Of a stretch of 64,000 bases of DNA, positions 12,839 to 24,902 are shown one piece after another. Numbering within the stretch: the first letter of the stretch is position 1; every line of letters begins with the position of its first letter. Below the pieces are notes generated by a model. It ran no database searches. It was not told where the DNA came from and worked only from the letters and a program-made list of their open reading frames with translations. Origin of the DNA: Utricularia gibba (taxonomy: Eukaryota > Plantae > Magnoliophyta). Location of the stretch: contig NEEC01000014.1 in NCBI GenBank assembly GCA_002189035.1, positions 1,426,001-1,490,000 on the forward strand, in the 5' to 3' direction. The position numbers were made by a program, and so were the translations under genes.

Positions 12839-14333
12839 TGACAAAAAAAAAGCTTCAGTATTTAGGATTCTTATACAAATCTCTGGTTCAACTCGGGTAT
12901 CCCTGACCATAGACATGAATGAAACTGAAAACATCAATGAGTAATGTCCCTTTGTGATTCTTAAGAGCATCTGATTCTCATTTCTTGCTATGTTCAATTC
13001 TACTTCTTCCCACTTGGTGATGGAAGGAGATGCTTTCGTGTGAGCTTGAAATGGTTCAAGGTACGGCGCTCCAGGAATCCTCTTTTTCCCTCTGTTCTTC
13101 TCATTCATGCATATTCACTTGATGCATTTGTTAACTGTGGCATCATCTCTGTGTTGCATTTCGGCATTGTATTCCTTTTGCTGATCCTGAAGCCTAATCA
13201 AGTGAATGAAAACAAGCTATCTGAACTCTACGTGAACTTGGGAAGTTTATCATACAGAAAATCTACATGATGGTTTCTTTGTTTCCCCCAAGCTGTTGTG
13301 TTTTCATTGGTTTTCTGAGTCTGGCAGTCATTAATCTGCGCCTCTGTTAATTCATCATGCTGCTAATCACATCATCTTAGCTTTGTTTGTTTCATAGGTG
13401 TTTTAAATTTTCATGAATTTTTTTTATATTTAAAACCAAGAACGGATAAACAAAATTTCATGAATTTCGAATCACAACATTTGGATCATAGCATGTCTTT
13501 TATGAATGTTAACATAAATTTATCTTTAGAACATCAAGGATTCATAAGACTATTGGATTTCATAGATCAATATGACTATCTTGAAACGAGTGTCGAAATA
13601 ATATGTTGTGATTAGTTTGAATTATAAATATTTGAAAGACATTGTATTGTAAATTCAAAAATTTAAATTATTGATTTTTTAAAATATTTATTTTATTGAT
13701 TAAATAAAATATTACTTATAAAAATTATAATATATTAAGTTTTAACATATATAATTTATTTTATTAAATTTTATAATATAATACAAAGTATTATTATGAC
13801 ATTATATTGGTTATATTCATATAATTTTAAAATTAATTTTATTCTATATAATTTGAATCAAAGCTTAAAAATACAAATCAATCTCCAAATACACCAAAAT
13901 TTGTTGTATTCTTCAAAATTTTTATTTTTTTTTATCAAAATTTTAAAATTAGAAAATGAATTTGGAACATTGGTTAAGGCACCCGGTTTTGACGTGATGT
14001 AGACTACTAGACTCAACTTAAAATTGATTATCATAATATAAATCATAAATAAAATTCTGAAATTAATATTTTTATGATAAGAAATAAGATATGTTTGTGG
14101 AATATTTTCGATTTGGATGTATATTAAAATATTTATATTTATGTAACAAATAAATAAATAAATAAGACGAATAATAATAATTTATATACTTTAAAAAATA
14201 GGTTGAAAAATAAAAATTGAGTTAAAGCTGGTTGTCTAAAAAGGCGCGATTGCGTCCAAGTTTCCATCTTCTATCTGTTCTGTTAGAGGGGAGACACAAC
14301 AAGGCGGCAGCCGGGTAAGAAAAGAGAGAGGCC

Positions 14334-16540
14334 ATGGAGTCGTTGATTCTGCCTGCGCCGAAGCCATCGCCGGCGTCGTTGAGCGTCTCCGTTCCCTCGT
14401 TGGGGCTGCGTCGCCTCCATTGTTCTCGAAGCGTCTCACGGAATCGTATTGTACGCCCTAGGACTTTCTTGTTATTTTTCCTCTTCTTCTGATTGCCTCG
14501 CCTCAAGTTTTGATTTTTAACGGATGCACGTTGCTGTCGCGTTGTGGGTTTCGCGGATTTGGAGTTTTGGTTTTCATGGAGTTTCCCTTTTTGTCGTGTC
14601 TTTTGTTTCCTAATGCAGGCATGTGAGTTGACAAAGCCGATTCATTATGCGAGGCATCATGTTCCGATTCTCAACCAGCAGACACTTCCGAAACTTATGC
14701 ACGCCCAACGCCTCGAGAACGCGGTGAATACGAAAGGTGGTAACAAGATTAAGATATTTTCGGGAACAGCCAATCGCGGCCTCTCCGAGGTGAACATGGG
14801 AAATTTTTATGAAGTCCGTTCATGTAATGTTCTGGTTGGATGTTAATCTCTGCTTATCTTGGGAATTCGTGTGATGGGTTAGGAATTGCAAGGTCGTAGG
14901 CATCATAGATTCTAACGTTTAGATAAAGCAAAGATCAGATGAACTGCCTCTCTTTGATATTGAGTTTTTTTTTTTCCCTACTAGAATGATGGTTTTTTTT
15001 ACCTTATATTGGCATGGATTCTTAGTTTCTTGAATGTTAGAGTTGAATGGATTAGTAAAGCCTAGACTCATACTCAGGAATTGCTTCAATTTTTAAATTT
15101 GAATCTGCATAATAGAAGCAGCTCTTTTTATCTGGCCTCTCACTATGGGATTTATGGAGTAGCCAGTGCCCTTGAGTTTTAGTTTGCTTCTTTCAGGAAA
15201 TTGCATGTTACTTGGGCCTTGATCTTGGGAAAATACAAATCAAGCGCTTTGCGGATGGAGAAATCTATGTGCGGCTTCAAGAAAGTGTTCGTGGTTGTGA
15301 TGTTTACCTAGTCCAGCCTTCGTGCCCTCCAGCAAATGAAAATCTTATGGAGCTTTTAATTATGATTGACGCATGTAGAAGGGCTTCTGCAAAGAATATA
15401 ACTGCAGTGATTCCATATTTTGGATATGCTCGAGCTGATAGAAAGGTAATTTTCTTGCATTTATGTGTAGCAAAGACAGCAAGGGGTACGTTTATTAGGA
15501 GAATTGCATTGAAATGTATGCTTTCATTCTACTGATACTCTTTTGTCAAAATGATCAACAGTCCCAAGGGCGTGAAGCCATTGCTGCCAAATTAATGGCC
15601 AATCTTATCACTGAATCTGGTGCTGATCGTGTTCTTGCTTGTGATCTACACTCCAGCCAGTCCATGGGATATTTTGATATTCCGGTGGATCATATCTACT
15701 GCCAGGTTCAACAAATAACCTTCCTACTTTACCCCATTCCATGTGTCAATATTCTGGGAACTAAAAAGAAGAGTTTTAACTTCTCTGTTCTTGTTGCCAT
15801 AGCCTGTCATCCTTGACTATCTTGCAAGTAAGAAGATATGCTCCAACGATTTAGTTGTGGTCTCACCTGACGTCGGAGGAGTTGCACGGGCGCGCGCCTT
15901 TGCAAAGAAGTTGTCTGATGCACCACTAGCCATAGTCGACAAAAGGCGCCATGCCCATAACGTCGCTGAGGTACATTTGCCTTTTCAGATTAGCTCTTTC
16001 TAGAAGGTGATCTTAATTCTTACATGTTTTTACTCTGTTTCTGCAACTTCATATTCCAGGTAATGAACTTGATTGGTGATGTTAAAGGGAAGGTTGCAGT
16101 TATGGTGGACGACATGATCGACACAGCAGGCAAGTGATGTTATCACTTGCAAGCAAATTCCACTCCTCTAAACACCAAAACCCAACCCTGCTGCTCTCAT
16201 GTAGGAACCATAACCGAAGGTGCGGCCTTGCTGCACAAGGAGGGAGCTCGCGAAGTGTACGCCTGCTGCACTCACGCAGTATTCAGGTGACCATCGTGAT
16301 TTGAATCTCCTCTTCCCAGCCAGCCAACTTTCTCTAACCAGCGAGCACTGTGACTGCAGCCCCCCTGCGGTTGAGCGACTGTCCAGCAGCCTGTTCCAAG
16401 AGGTCATCGTGACAAACACCATTCCGCTGCCGGAGAAGAACTACTTCCCACAGCTGACGATTCTCTCGGTCGCCAACCTGCTGGGGGAAACCATCTGGCG
16501 AGTCCACGACGATTGCTCAGTGAGCAGCATTTTCCAATGA
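14334..16540 (+). CDS. PRS: Ribose-phosphate pyrophosphokinase, class I, plastid-type (PRS1/PRS2-like); 8 exons
   Basis: Transit-peptide-like start, [69 protein letters not shown], and the C-terminus [12 protein letters not shown]. Confidence 0.95.
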
Positions 16541-17868
16541 AGAGCAGCCATTGCCGCCGCCCCAGTCGAATAGAAATAGCTCTCCCTTCGATTGCATTTG
16601 AAGCCGCCGGCGCAGCCAGGGCCGGGACTCAGTCGTTTGGCTGACACCATCCCCAGTGCTTGCTTCCCAGAACTAGAGTTGTATTTTCTGCATGCACGAG
16701 TTTTAGAATAATTTATATATAAATACACTTAATTATTAAATAATAAAACCTAAATCTTAAATTTTTATTTATAAAAATTATATAAAAATATTATTTATAA
16801 AATAAAGCCTATTTTCGATTTAATTATGGATTTTAATTGGACAAAATAATGATTTACAAGAATGAAAAATTATATTTATTTATTTTTAATATTATCAAAA
16901 AAAAATTACATATTTTTTTATCTTGTTTTCTTTTTTAATTATTGAATTTCTTGTAGGTGTAGGAGTTGGAGAAGAAGAGGAAGGCGGCGAGGTTGAGGAA
17001 GCTCAAGAGCGCCAGGAGGTAGAAGTAGTAGTCGAGGTGGCCGAGGTTGAGGTTATCGGGGATCCATCCGGGCCGCCCGTCGCCGGTTGTTATCTGGTTC
17101 ACCATGGCGACGATTAAAGAGCTCATGAAGTTGCCCAACGCCATCGTCAGGAGATCCAGAGCCGCGCACAGGCTTCTCATCGACTCCGGCGCTTGATCGT
17201 AGAAGAAGTCGCTGCGCCCGATCATCACGAACACCTCGGCGCAGCCGATGATGAAGTACTGCGGAATCTGCCACAGAATGGACATGGGAATGGACTCCAT
17301 CTGGTAGTATCCGTGTCTTTTCACGTATTGAAGTCTGATGAACTCCAGGATCCCGGCGGAGAGCATCCCAAGGATGGATATCAGGAGGCCGATGCCCATG
17401 CGCTGCAGCTGAGTGATGCCGTTGTTTCTTCCGGTAAGCAGCCGAGTGACGGGGACGATGCATCGGTCGTATATGGGTGTGAAGAGGACGATGCTCAGAT
17501 TATTGAACAGGATCATCGTGACTGTGGGGATTTGGAAGCCGGAGCTGCCGATGCTTGTATCCATTGCCAGACCTTGAAGCAAAAAAAGGTTCTGGATTTG
17601 ACAGTATATGCAAGAGAAGGTGATCCCGGTGGCCCAAATCGGCAGCAGCCTTATGACGGCCTTTGTTTCTTCCACCTGAGTCACCGTACAGAGTCGCCAT
17701 GGATCTGCTGATAACTCTAGCTTATCTTCCTCCGTCACCACCGCAGCCTTGTCAAGGAATCTGCAAGTAAACATGGATTTAGTACTCCATTGGTGCTTCA
17801 TTCTAACAGAAAAAGGCAACATACGGAAAGCTTGTAGTGTGCTGAATCCTTCTGCTTCTCTTGGTAGC
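16252..17868. repeat. Segmental direct repeat, copy 1 (PRS 3' end, spacer, NPF 3' part)
   Basis: Aligns by eye with 21683-23306 at an offset of about 5431-5438. Confidence 0.97.
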
Positions 17869-18932
17869 AGAAGCTTCAACGTCGGCGGCTTCATGCAGAA
17901 ACCTGGCGTCTTCAGGAACCCGAGCGTTAAACTTCCTCAGTGATGCTGCAAGAACTTGACAAAGTCGTGCAACAGGATTCCCATCAGGTCGTTGGTAGCG
18001 GTAGAATCGAGTTCCGCAGCCGAAGATGACGATAGCCAATCCGACGAGCATTGCCGGTATTCCGAATCCCCATTTCCAGTTAACGTTCCATTGCACCCAA
18101 GCGATGACCGTGCAGCTGAGGATGCCACCGATGTTGCCGGAGAAGTAGGTCCAACTGAAGAAAGAGCTTCTGCTCCTCAACTCCGTTTCGTCGCTCTCGT
18201 CGAACTGGTCGCCGCCGAAGGATAACACGCAGGGGCGAACTCCGCCGCTGCCAACCGCGATCATGTAAAGGGCCGTGAACAAGACCGATGTCTGTACCGG
18301 AATCGACGCCGATAACGCCAGCAAAATCATCCCCTAAACACACAGTAACAACATCGGAAAAAGGAAAGAAAATGTGTGAGAATTACACATCCACAAAAAA
18401 CATGCACGATTGCATTTCTGCGGACAAGACGGTGAATCCACCCGCTTACCAGAAGGTATATGACAAAAAAGATTAGCGTGCTCCAGTATCTCCCCAGATA
18501 TGAATCCGCCATGAATCCTCCGATCAGGGGAGTTACAAAGGAGGTGCCCATCCAGTTAGTCGCACTCACAGAAGCACCAGAACTGCTTAACCCAATCCTG
18601 CTCTTGAGGTAGACCACCATACTCCCCAGGATCCCATAAAGCCCCATTCTCTCAAAGAACAACTGCACTGCAACAACAACACATAGCATTCAGATGAGAA
18701 TGCAAATCACCTCCAGGATGTCTTTTTGTTTCGAACAACAGCAATGCATCAACTCCAAAAGTAAACGATTACTGGACGAGATATAATAAGGTAGTTGGCG
18801 ATTCAAAAACAACAAAGAAAACCGACCCAAAATGAAGATGGAAGCCTTCCAGGAACCCGTTTCCTTCTTCTTCGCCGGACTGCCGCGGAAATCCAATGTC
18901 CCATCGTTGGTGAACACCTCATCGTCCGACAT
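16935..18932 (-). CDS. NPF: NRT1/PTR family (NPF) transporter; exons 18932-18827, 18667-18450, 18333-17825, 17760-16935
   Basis: DGTLDFRGSPAKKKETGSWKA, GGFMADSYLGRY, GGVRPCVLSFGGDQFD, LCTVTQVEETKA, LQRMGIGL, WQIPQY, FFYDQAPESMRSL, NLNLGHLDYYF; four-exon layout typical of NPF genes. Confidence 0.94.
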
Positions 18933-19121
18933 GGCCTCTTCTTTTTTCTTTTCTTTTTAGAGTTGTGTAGGTTCAGTGCCCGCCTCCTTCCGGTCTCCAT
19001 ATATATACTGCAGCGGCGTTGACTTCTTGATGTTAGGATACCAGATCCGTACTTGAAACCTAATGACCGTTTTTATGGATGAAACCCTTGTTTTTTTTAA
19101 ACACAATTCAATAAAAATTCA

Positions 19122-19287
19122 TGATTTTTCGAGTATCAATTAAATTAAATATTTGAATCTGATAATATCGTATACTAAAAAATTAGTCATAATCCTTTAG
19201 TATCAAACATAAATCCTGTATTTTGAAAAGTAATCATCATGGTTTTCTATCATTAATTTATTTCACATACACTACAATCAATTTTTT
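19122..19287. repeat. NPF upstream AT-rich segment with a diverged copy at about 23328-23512
   Basis: Shared blocks in the same order: tgatttttcgagtat, ttaaattaaatatt, tttagtatcaaa, tattttgaaaagtaatcat, cattaatttattt, tacactac. Confidence 0.8.
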
Positions 19288-20145
19288 ATCATCATAACTT
19301 TATCGATGACCAATTTTTTTGAAATCGTTAATTAAACGCACCAAGTGCATAGATGCGTCCTCAGATTCGCTGTAGGGTGATTTTTTAATTTTAATATTTT
19401 TAATCAATAATTTTAATAATATTATTTAATTATTTATTTATTTAACTAGTCAAAACTCTAACTTATTCACCTGATTTTTTCATGTTTTTACCCACCTTAA
19501 TCTCGATGATCATAAGTCATCAATTGACATTGCTGTTCAGCTTTCAAAGTCTAATAATCATCATACATCGATTATCGCATTAATTCAAAGTCATCAATTT
19601 ATTTTTTGAGAATGTTGAATTTTTTATTTGAAATTTATGTTTGTGAATTTGTGAATATGATGTTATGATAAATATAGATTATTTCATTTATTTGGTTAAG
19701 ATTATAGAAATATATTCTTATTCTAGTGATAATAATACAAATAGTGTGTGAAAATTTATTTTCAAAACTCTAATTGGATCTATCTAAATAGAAAATACAC
19801 ATATTAGCTATAATATTTGTTTCATTAATTTTTCATTTAGAACTTAATTTATTTTAGTATTTTTAAAAATAATTTAATATAATTTAAATATTATAATTAT
19901 ATATCCTAACTAATTTTCTAATATACCTAACACAAAACTACAATGATGTGATAAGGCTTGTCAGTGGGAAATGTAAAAGATCAAATTTAAATAATTATTT
20001 TTAATAATATTTTTGCAATAATTTCAAATTTAATTCATAATCCAAGTTATTATCCTACAATCATTCTAAACATTTCTAAAAAAATCTCCATCTCATTACG
20101 CTCGATCAAAGCATGATATATTAGTTAACGCATCTCATAAACAAC

Positions 20146-20170
20146 TTATTATTATTATTATTATTATTAT
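20146..20170. repeat. (TTA)8 microsatellite
   Basis: Read directly from the sequence. Confidence 0.95.
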
Positions 20171-21682
20171 AAATAAATTTATCAAATAACTTCTAAATAC
20201 GCATGAAATAGCGTGATTCGAAAGCACCTTATTGATAAATTAACCTTTTCTTTTAAAAAAGTAGATGCTAATCCCTAGGAGCAATAGCTTCATACTAAAT
20301 TGCGTTGAATAAAAAAAAAAGACTACTTGATGTAATAGAATCCTATATGAGAGAGATAATGTCTGTTAGAACTGAATGTTCTTCCGCCTGAATCTTCACA
20401 AATGGGGGCCCCACTTTTTATTGCTAGTATTTTCTAACTTGCATGCATATAAAAAATTGTGTGGTAAATAAAATGTATTATCAATTATGAGTGTATTGAT
20501 GGTATAACTGAATGTTCTATTTATGAGGAAGATGACCTTCCTTTTGATTCAGCTACGTGGCCTTGGTCAACTTTTTCATTATCTTCGAATAAATCTCAAA
20601 AATTCAGAATATGTAATTAAACTTACATTTTATCACCCAAGAATCATAATCTCCTTTGCCATCAAATATAGGAGGTATGCGTTGGAGATCAGCCTCAATC
20701 CAAAGGTTGAAGGTGATTAAAAACATTAATCTTGTGTCATAATGTCATGTTTTAGATAAAAAAAAGTGTTGGATTCGAGCATGAAAGTGTTGGGTTCGAG
20801 TTGCTGAGCTTTTGTGTGTTTTTAATGATTTTGGCTCACTGTTGGGTAACCTAGGTATTGAGTATATATAAACTTTACTAAGAATGCGTGTCAACGAGGT
20901 TTTCGGTCATTCTTATTGTTCATGAGTCGTTTTTCATCCAAGGTGATCTCATAAGCATTATTTTTTTGTTAATTCTCAATACTCTATCTTTCTTACATCA
21001 ACATTATGAAGTAAGAAGCGGAGCCCATTTGAACACATGCCAACAAAAACGCGCAGAATAACAAGATAAAGAACTGAGCTAATTGTGATATCTTAACTTG
21101 ACTTGGTGTCTTAATGAAAGTATCCCATAATTGTTACTATGAAAGAATCTATAATCACAAACTAAGAGTATTAAGTTTGAGAATTTGAACTTGTGTATAA
21201 CAGAAAAAAAAGTTATAGAGTTTGTGTACAAATATGTATTTATAGTTCTTGAAAATGATGGCTACTAGATAGGAAGATGACCGTTGTTCAGGTTGCCGTT
21301 GATGTAATTTGAACTTCCTTCATCTCGGGACTCTAATTTGGTAATTTGGCTGCTTGGGCCTAGTAAGTGAAATAATCATTTTCTCATCTTGAAATTCATG
21401 ATCAGATGAATCGGGATGATCGCACACGTAATGTTCAATTATATAAGAAATATGAATTACAATAAAAAAGATTAGTTACAATCGATTATTTTTTATATTT
21501 AATTTATTATAACTGACTATTACACTATCATTTTAATATGTGGTATTATCTATTCTAATATATTAATTATTCTTCATCCTCCAACGCCAGTAGTTACAGT
21601 AGTAGTTCGAGAAGGGTCTCACCACTTGTTAGTGGTTTGAGTAAGTTAACTAGAGTTATCTCATCACTGAATAACAGTCTGG

Positions 21683-21977
21683 GAAGTGTACGCCTGCGGC
21701 ACTCACGCAGTATTCAGGTGAGCCATCGTGATTTGAATCTCCTCTTCCCAGCCAGCCAACTTTCTCTAACCTAACTAACGAGCACTCTGACTGCAGCCCC
21801 CCTGCGGTTGAGCGACTGTCCAGCAGCCTGTTCCAAGAGGTCATCGTGACAAACACCATTCCGCTGCCGGAGAAGAACTACTTCCCACAGCTGACGATTC
21901 TCTCGGTCGCCAACCTGCTGGGGGAAACCATCTGGCGAGTCCACGACGATTGCTCAGTGAGCAGCATTTTCCAATGA
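21683..21977 (+). pseudogene. Duplicated 3' fragment of PRS (end of exon 7, intron, last exon), with no 5' part
   Basis: Last exon matches 16360-16540; the upstream part has TGC>GGC and intron indels; no promoter or start codon. Confidence 0.9.
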
Positions 21978-23306
21978 AGAGCAGCCATTGCCGCCGCCCC
22001 AGTCGAATAGAAATAGCTCTCCCTTCGATTGCATTTGAAGCCGCCGGCGCAGCCAGGGCCGGGACTCAGTCGTTTGGCTGACACCATCCCCAGTGCTTGC
22101 TTCCCAGAACTAGAGTTGTATTTTCTGCATGCACGAGTTTTAGAATAATTTATATATAAATACACTTAATTATTAAATAATAAAACCTAAATCTTAAATT
22201 TTTATTTATAAAAATTATATAAAAATATTATTTATAAAATAAAGCCTATTTTCGATTTAATTATGGATTTTAATTGGACAAAATAATGATTTACAAGAAT
22301 GAAAAATTATATTTATTTATTTTTAATATTATCAAAAAAAAAATTACATATTTTTTTATCTTGTTTTCTTTTTTAATTATTGAATTTCTTGTAGGTGTAG
22401 GAGTTGGAGAAGAAGAGGAAGGCGGCGAGGTTGAGGAAGCTCAAGAGCGCCAGGAGGTAGAAGTAGTAGTCGAGGTGGCCGAGGTTGAGGTTATCGGGGA
22501 TCCATCCGGGCCGCCCGTCGCCGGTTGTTATCTGGTTCACCATGGCGACGATTAAAGAGCTCATGAAGTTGCCCAACGCCATCGTCAGGAGATCCAGAGC
22601 CGCGCACAGGCTTCTCATCGACTCCGGCGCTTGATCGTAGAAGAAGTCGCTGCGCCCGATCATCACGAACACCTCGGCGCAGCCGATGATGAAGTACTGC
22701 GGAATCTGCCACAGAATGGACATGGGAATGGACTCCATCTGGTAGTATCCGTGTCTTTTCACGTATTGAAGTCTGATGAACTCCAGGATCCCGGCGGAGA
22801 GCATCCCAAGGATGGATATCAGGAGGCCGATGCCCATGCGCTGCAGCTGAGTGATGCCGTTGTTTCTTCCGGTAAGCAGCCGAGTGACGGGGACGATGCA
22901 TCGGTCGTATATGGGTGTGAAGAGGACGATGCTCAGATTATTGAACAGGATCATCGTGACTGTGGGGATTTGGAAGCCGGAGCTGCCGATGCTTGTATCC
23001 ATTGCCAGACCTTGAAGCAAAAAAAGGTTCTGGATTTGACAGTATATGCAAGAGAAGGTGATCCCGGTGGCCCAAATCGGCAGCAGCCTTATGACGGCCT
23101 TTGTTTCTTCCACCTGAGTCACCGTACAGAGTCGCCATGGATCTGCTGATAACTCTAGCTTATCTTCCTCCGTCACCACCGCAGCCTTGTCGAGGAATCT
23201 GCAAGTAGCCATGGATTTACTTCTTCCATTTGTGCTTCATTCTAACAGAAAAGGCAACATACGGAAAGCTTGTAGTGTGCTGAATCCTTCTGCTTCTCTT
23301 GGTAGC
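21683..23306. repeat. Segmental direct repeat, copy 2
   Basis: Begins at gaagtgtacgcctgc (16252 equivalent) and ends at tcttggtagc (17868 equivalent); the core is near-identical and the edges are diverged. Confidence 0.97.
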
Positions 23307-23309
23307 CAT
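22373..23309 (-). pseudogene. 5'-truncated NPF duplicate: C-terminal half with a junction-created ATG (possible 290-aa two-exon ORF, 23309-23263 plus 23198-22373)
   Basis: Last exon matches NPF exon 4 apart from one synonymous change; exons 1, 2 and most of 3 are absent; an ATG at 23309 is in frame with GCT ACC AAG AGA. Confidence 0.8.
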
Positions 23310-24140
23310 GGATTTACTTCTCTTTGTTGATTTTTCGAGTATTAGTTAAATTAAATATTCGAAATCCATAATGTGGTGCAATCAAAACATAAATCGTAAC
23401 ATTTAGTATCAAATATCAAACATAAATGGAGTATTTTGAAAAGTAATCATTATGACTTTGTCTCATGACTTTCTCTCATTAATTTATTTTATATACACTA
23501 CTATTAATTTTTCACGCATATTTCAACTTACGCAACCCATGAGTTGCCAGCCAGCCATCCCATTGATTACACAGCCTCCGCTACACAACAAAGGCTAGCC
23601 TCCTGATAGATCTGCAACAGGATTAGGAATGCCGTAGTTCCAGATACATGTAATGATCGTATGCGGTAAATCAACAAATTAAATCATAAGATAGCGTAGC
23701 GCTTCCTAACTATCGCATTCCGATCAATCCATGACGGTGAAGATCCAGTTTACCGTACCTTAATGCATTCCATTCCGACTGTACGCCGATCCTCCGGCCA
23801 ATCAGTTTCGACGCATCTTGCCACATTCCCATCCTCGGTTTCAACCGATCTTCCAAAAATACATTAATTTGTTTAGAACTTTAATTATATGATTTAAGAT
23901 AAAATATGATTCATAAATTTATATTTTAAACGTATTTAATAAATGAATTTAAATATATTAAATTAATACATATTATAAATCATATTCTTTCACATGTTCT
24001 TGATAAATTTATCTTAATTAAATTTTAATTTAAATTTTATTGCCAAAACAGTTTCTCTTTTTCAGAATTAAAAATAATAATAATGAAAATTACTTATTCC
24101 TCCGTGGGCATTGGTTGGGGGTATCATGGTAAATGAACAA

Positions 24141-24514
24141 GGTCAATGCGACAGGGTCAAAGCGCGTAACCAGCTGGGGGTGTATTGCGTAAGCGTCAAG
24201 GGCACTCCAGAAGTCAAAATCGGTGGCCGCCGCCGGTCAAAATCTCTGGGCTGCGTCAACCAGGAGGAGGAGGCTGAAGCCGGCGACTGGAAGAGCCGGC
24301 GAGATGAATCAGGGCATTGGATTTGCAGCAGCCGCGAGCCACCTAATTATTGGAGCCGGCGGCGGTTGGGATGGGCAGATAACCAGAGCCCACAAATCAT
24401 TAGCAGCCGGCTTGGCGCAAGCCTCCTCCACGTGGCGTTCTGGTTGACTTTTCCAAATATTTCTTTTTTTAAAAAGGAGATGATTGACACACGAACTACG
24501 CGCTTGAGTTGACG
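24141..24514. promoter_or_regulatory. W-box (TTGACY) cluster plus a G-box upstream of PLATZ
   Basis: Canonical W-boxes at 24141, 24155, 24212, 24235 (minus strand) and 24444 (plus); further TTGAC cores at 24194, 24254, 24484 and 24509; CACGTG at 24429. Confidence 0.55.
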
Positions 24515-24902
24515 CTTTGAACTTTGAAGAAATTGAAATGAAATTTTTTCGAAATTTGTGATTTTATATTTTTTTATAAATAAACATATTCTAAAATTTA
24601 TTAAAAGTATAATTTAAAAGTGAAGAAATCATGGATTGAAAAAGGATAAAGAAATCTAAACTAGGCTCGGGTGTAGGTTCGGAGCTGGGTTTGGCAGTTA
24701 GCAGCTTCGGATACGTGTTTAGTGTGAAGATAAGAACGGGAGCCCCCCCGTCACCGAACTTCCTCCGCGTCTCTCTCTTTCTTTTTCTTTCCTCTGCTTG
24801 GACTTTCCACAGCCACTTTCTTTTCCTTACCTCACAGCCGTACTGTTGGCCTGACTTCCTCTCTATTGGAGAATTTTTCGGAGTTTCGCCATTTGGTTAA
24901 AG

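Noticed and set aside
13380-14220. AT-rich spacers (also 7620-8030, 19300-21600, 42800-43330, 51460-52030) as MITEs or satellites
   Set aside because: No terminal inverted repeats, TSDs or regular periodicity could be identified by eye.
24111-24512. 133-aa ORF in the GC-rich block upstream of PLATZ
   Set aside because: Starts at a non-ATG codon and has no recognisable domain; the block is better explained as regulatory DNA.
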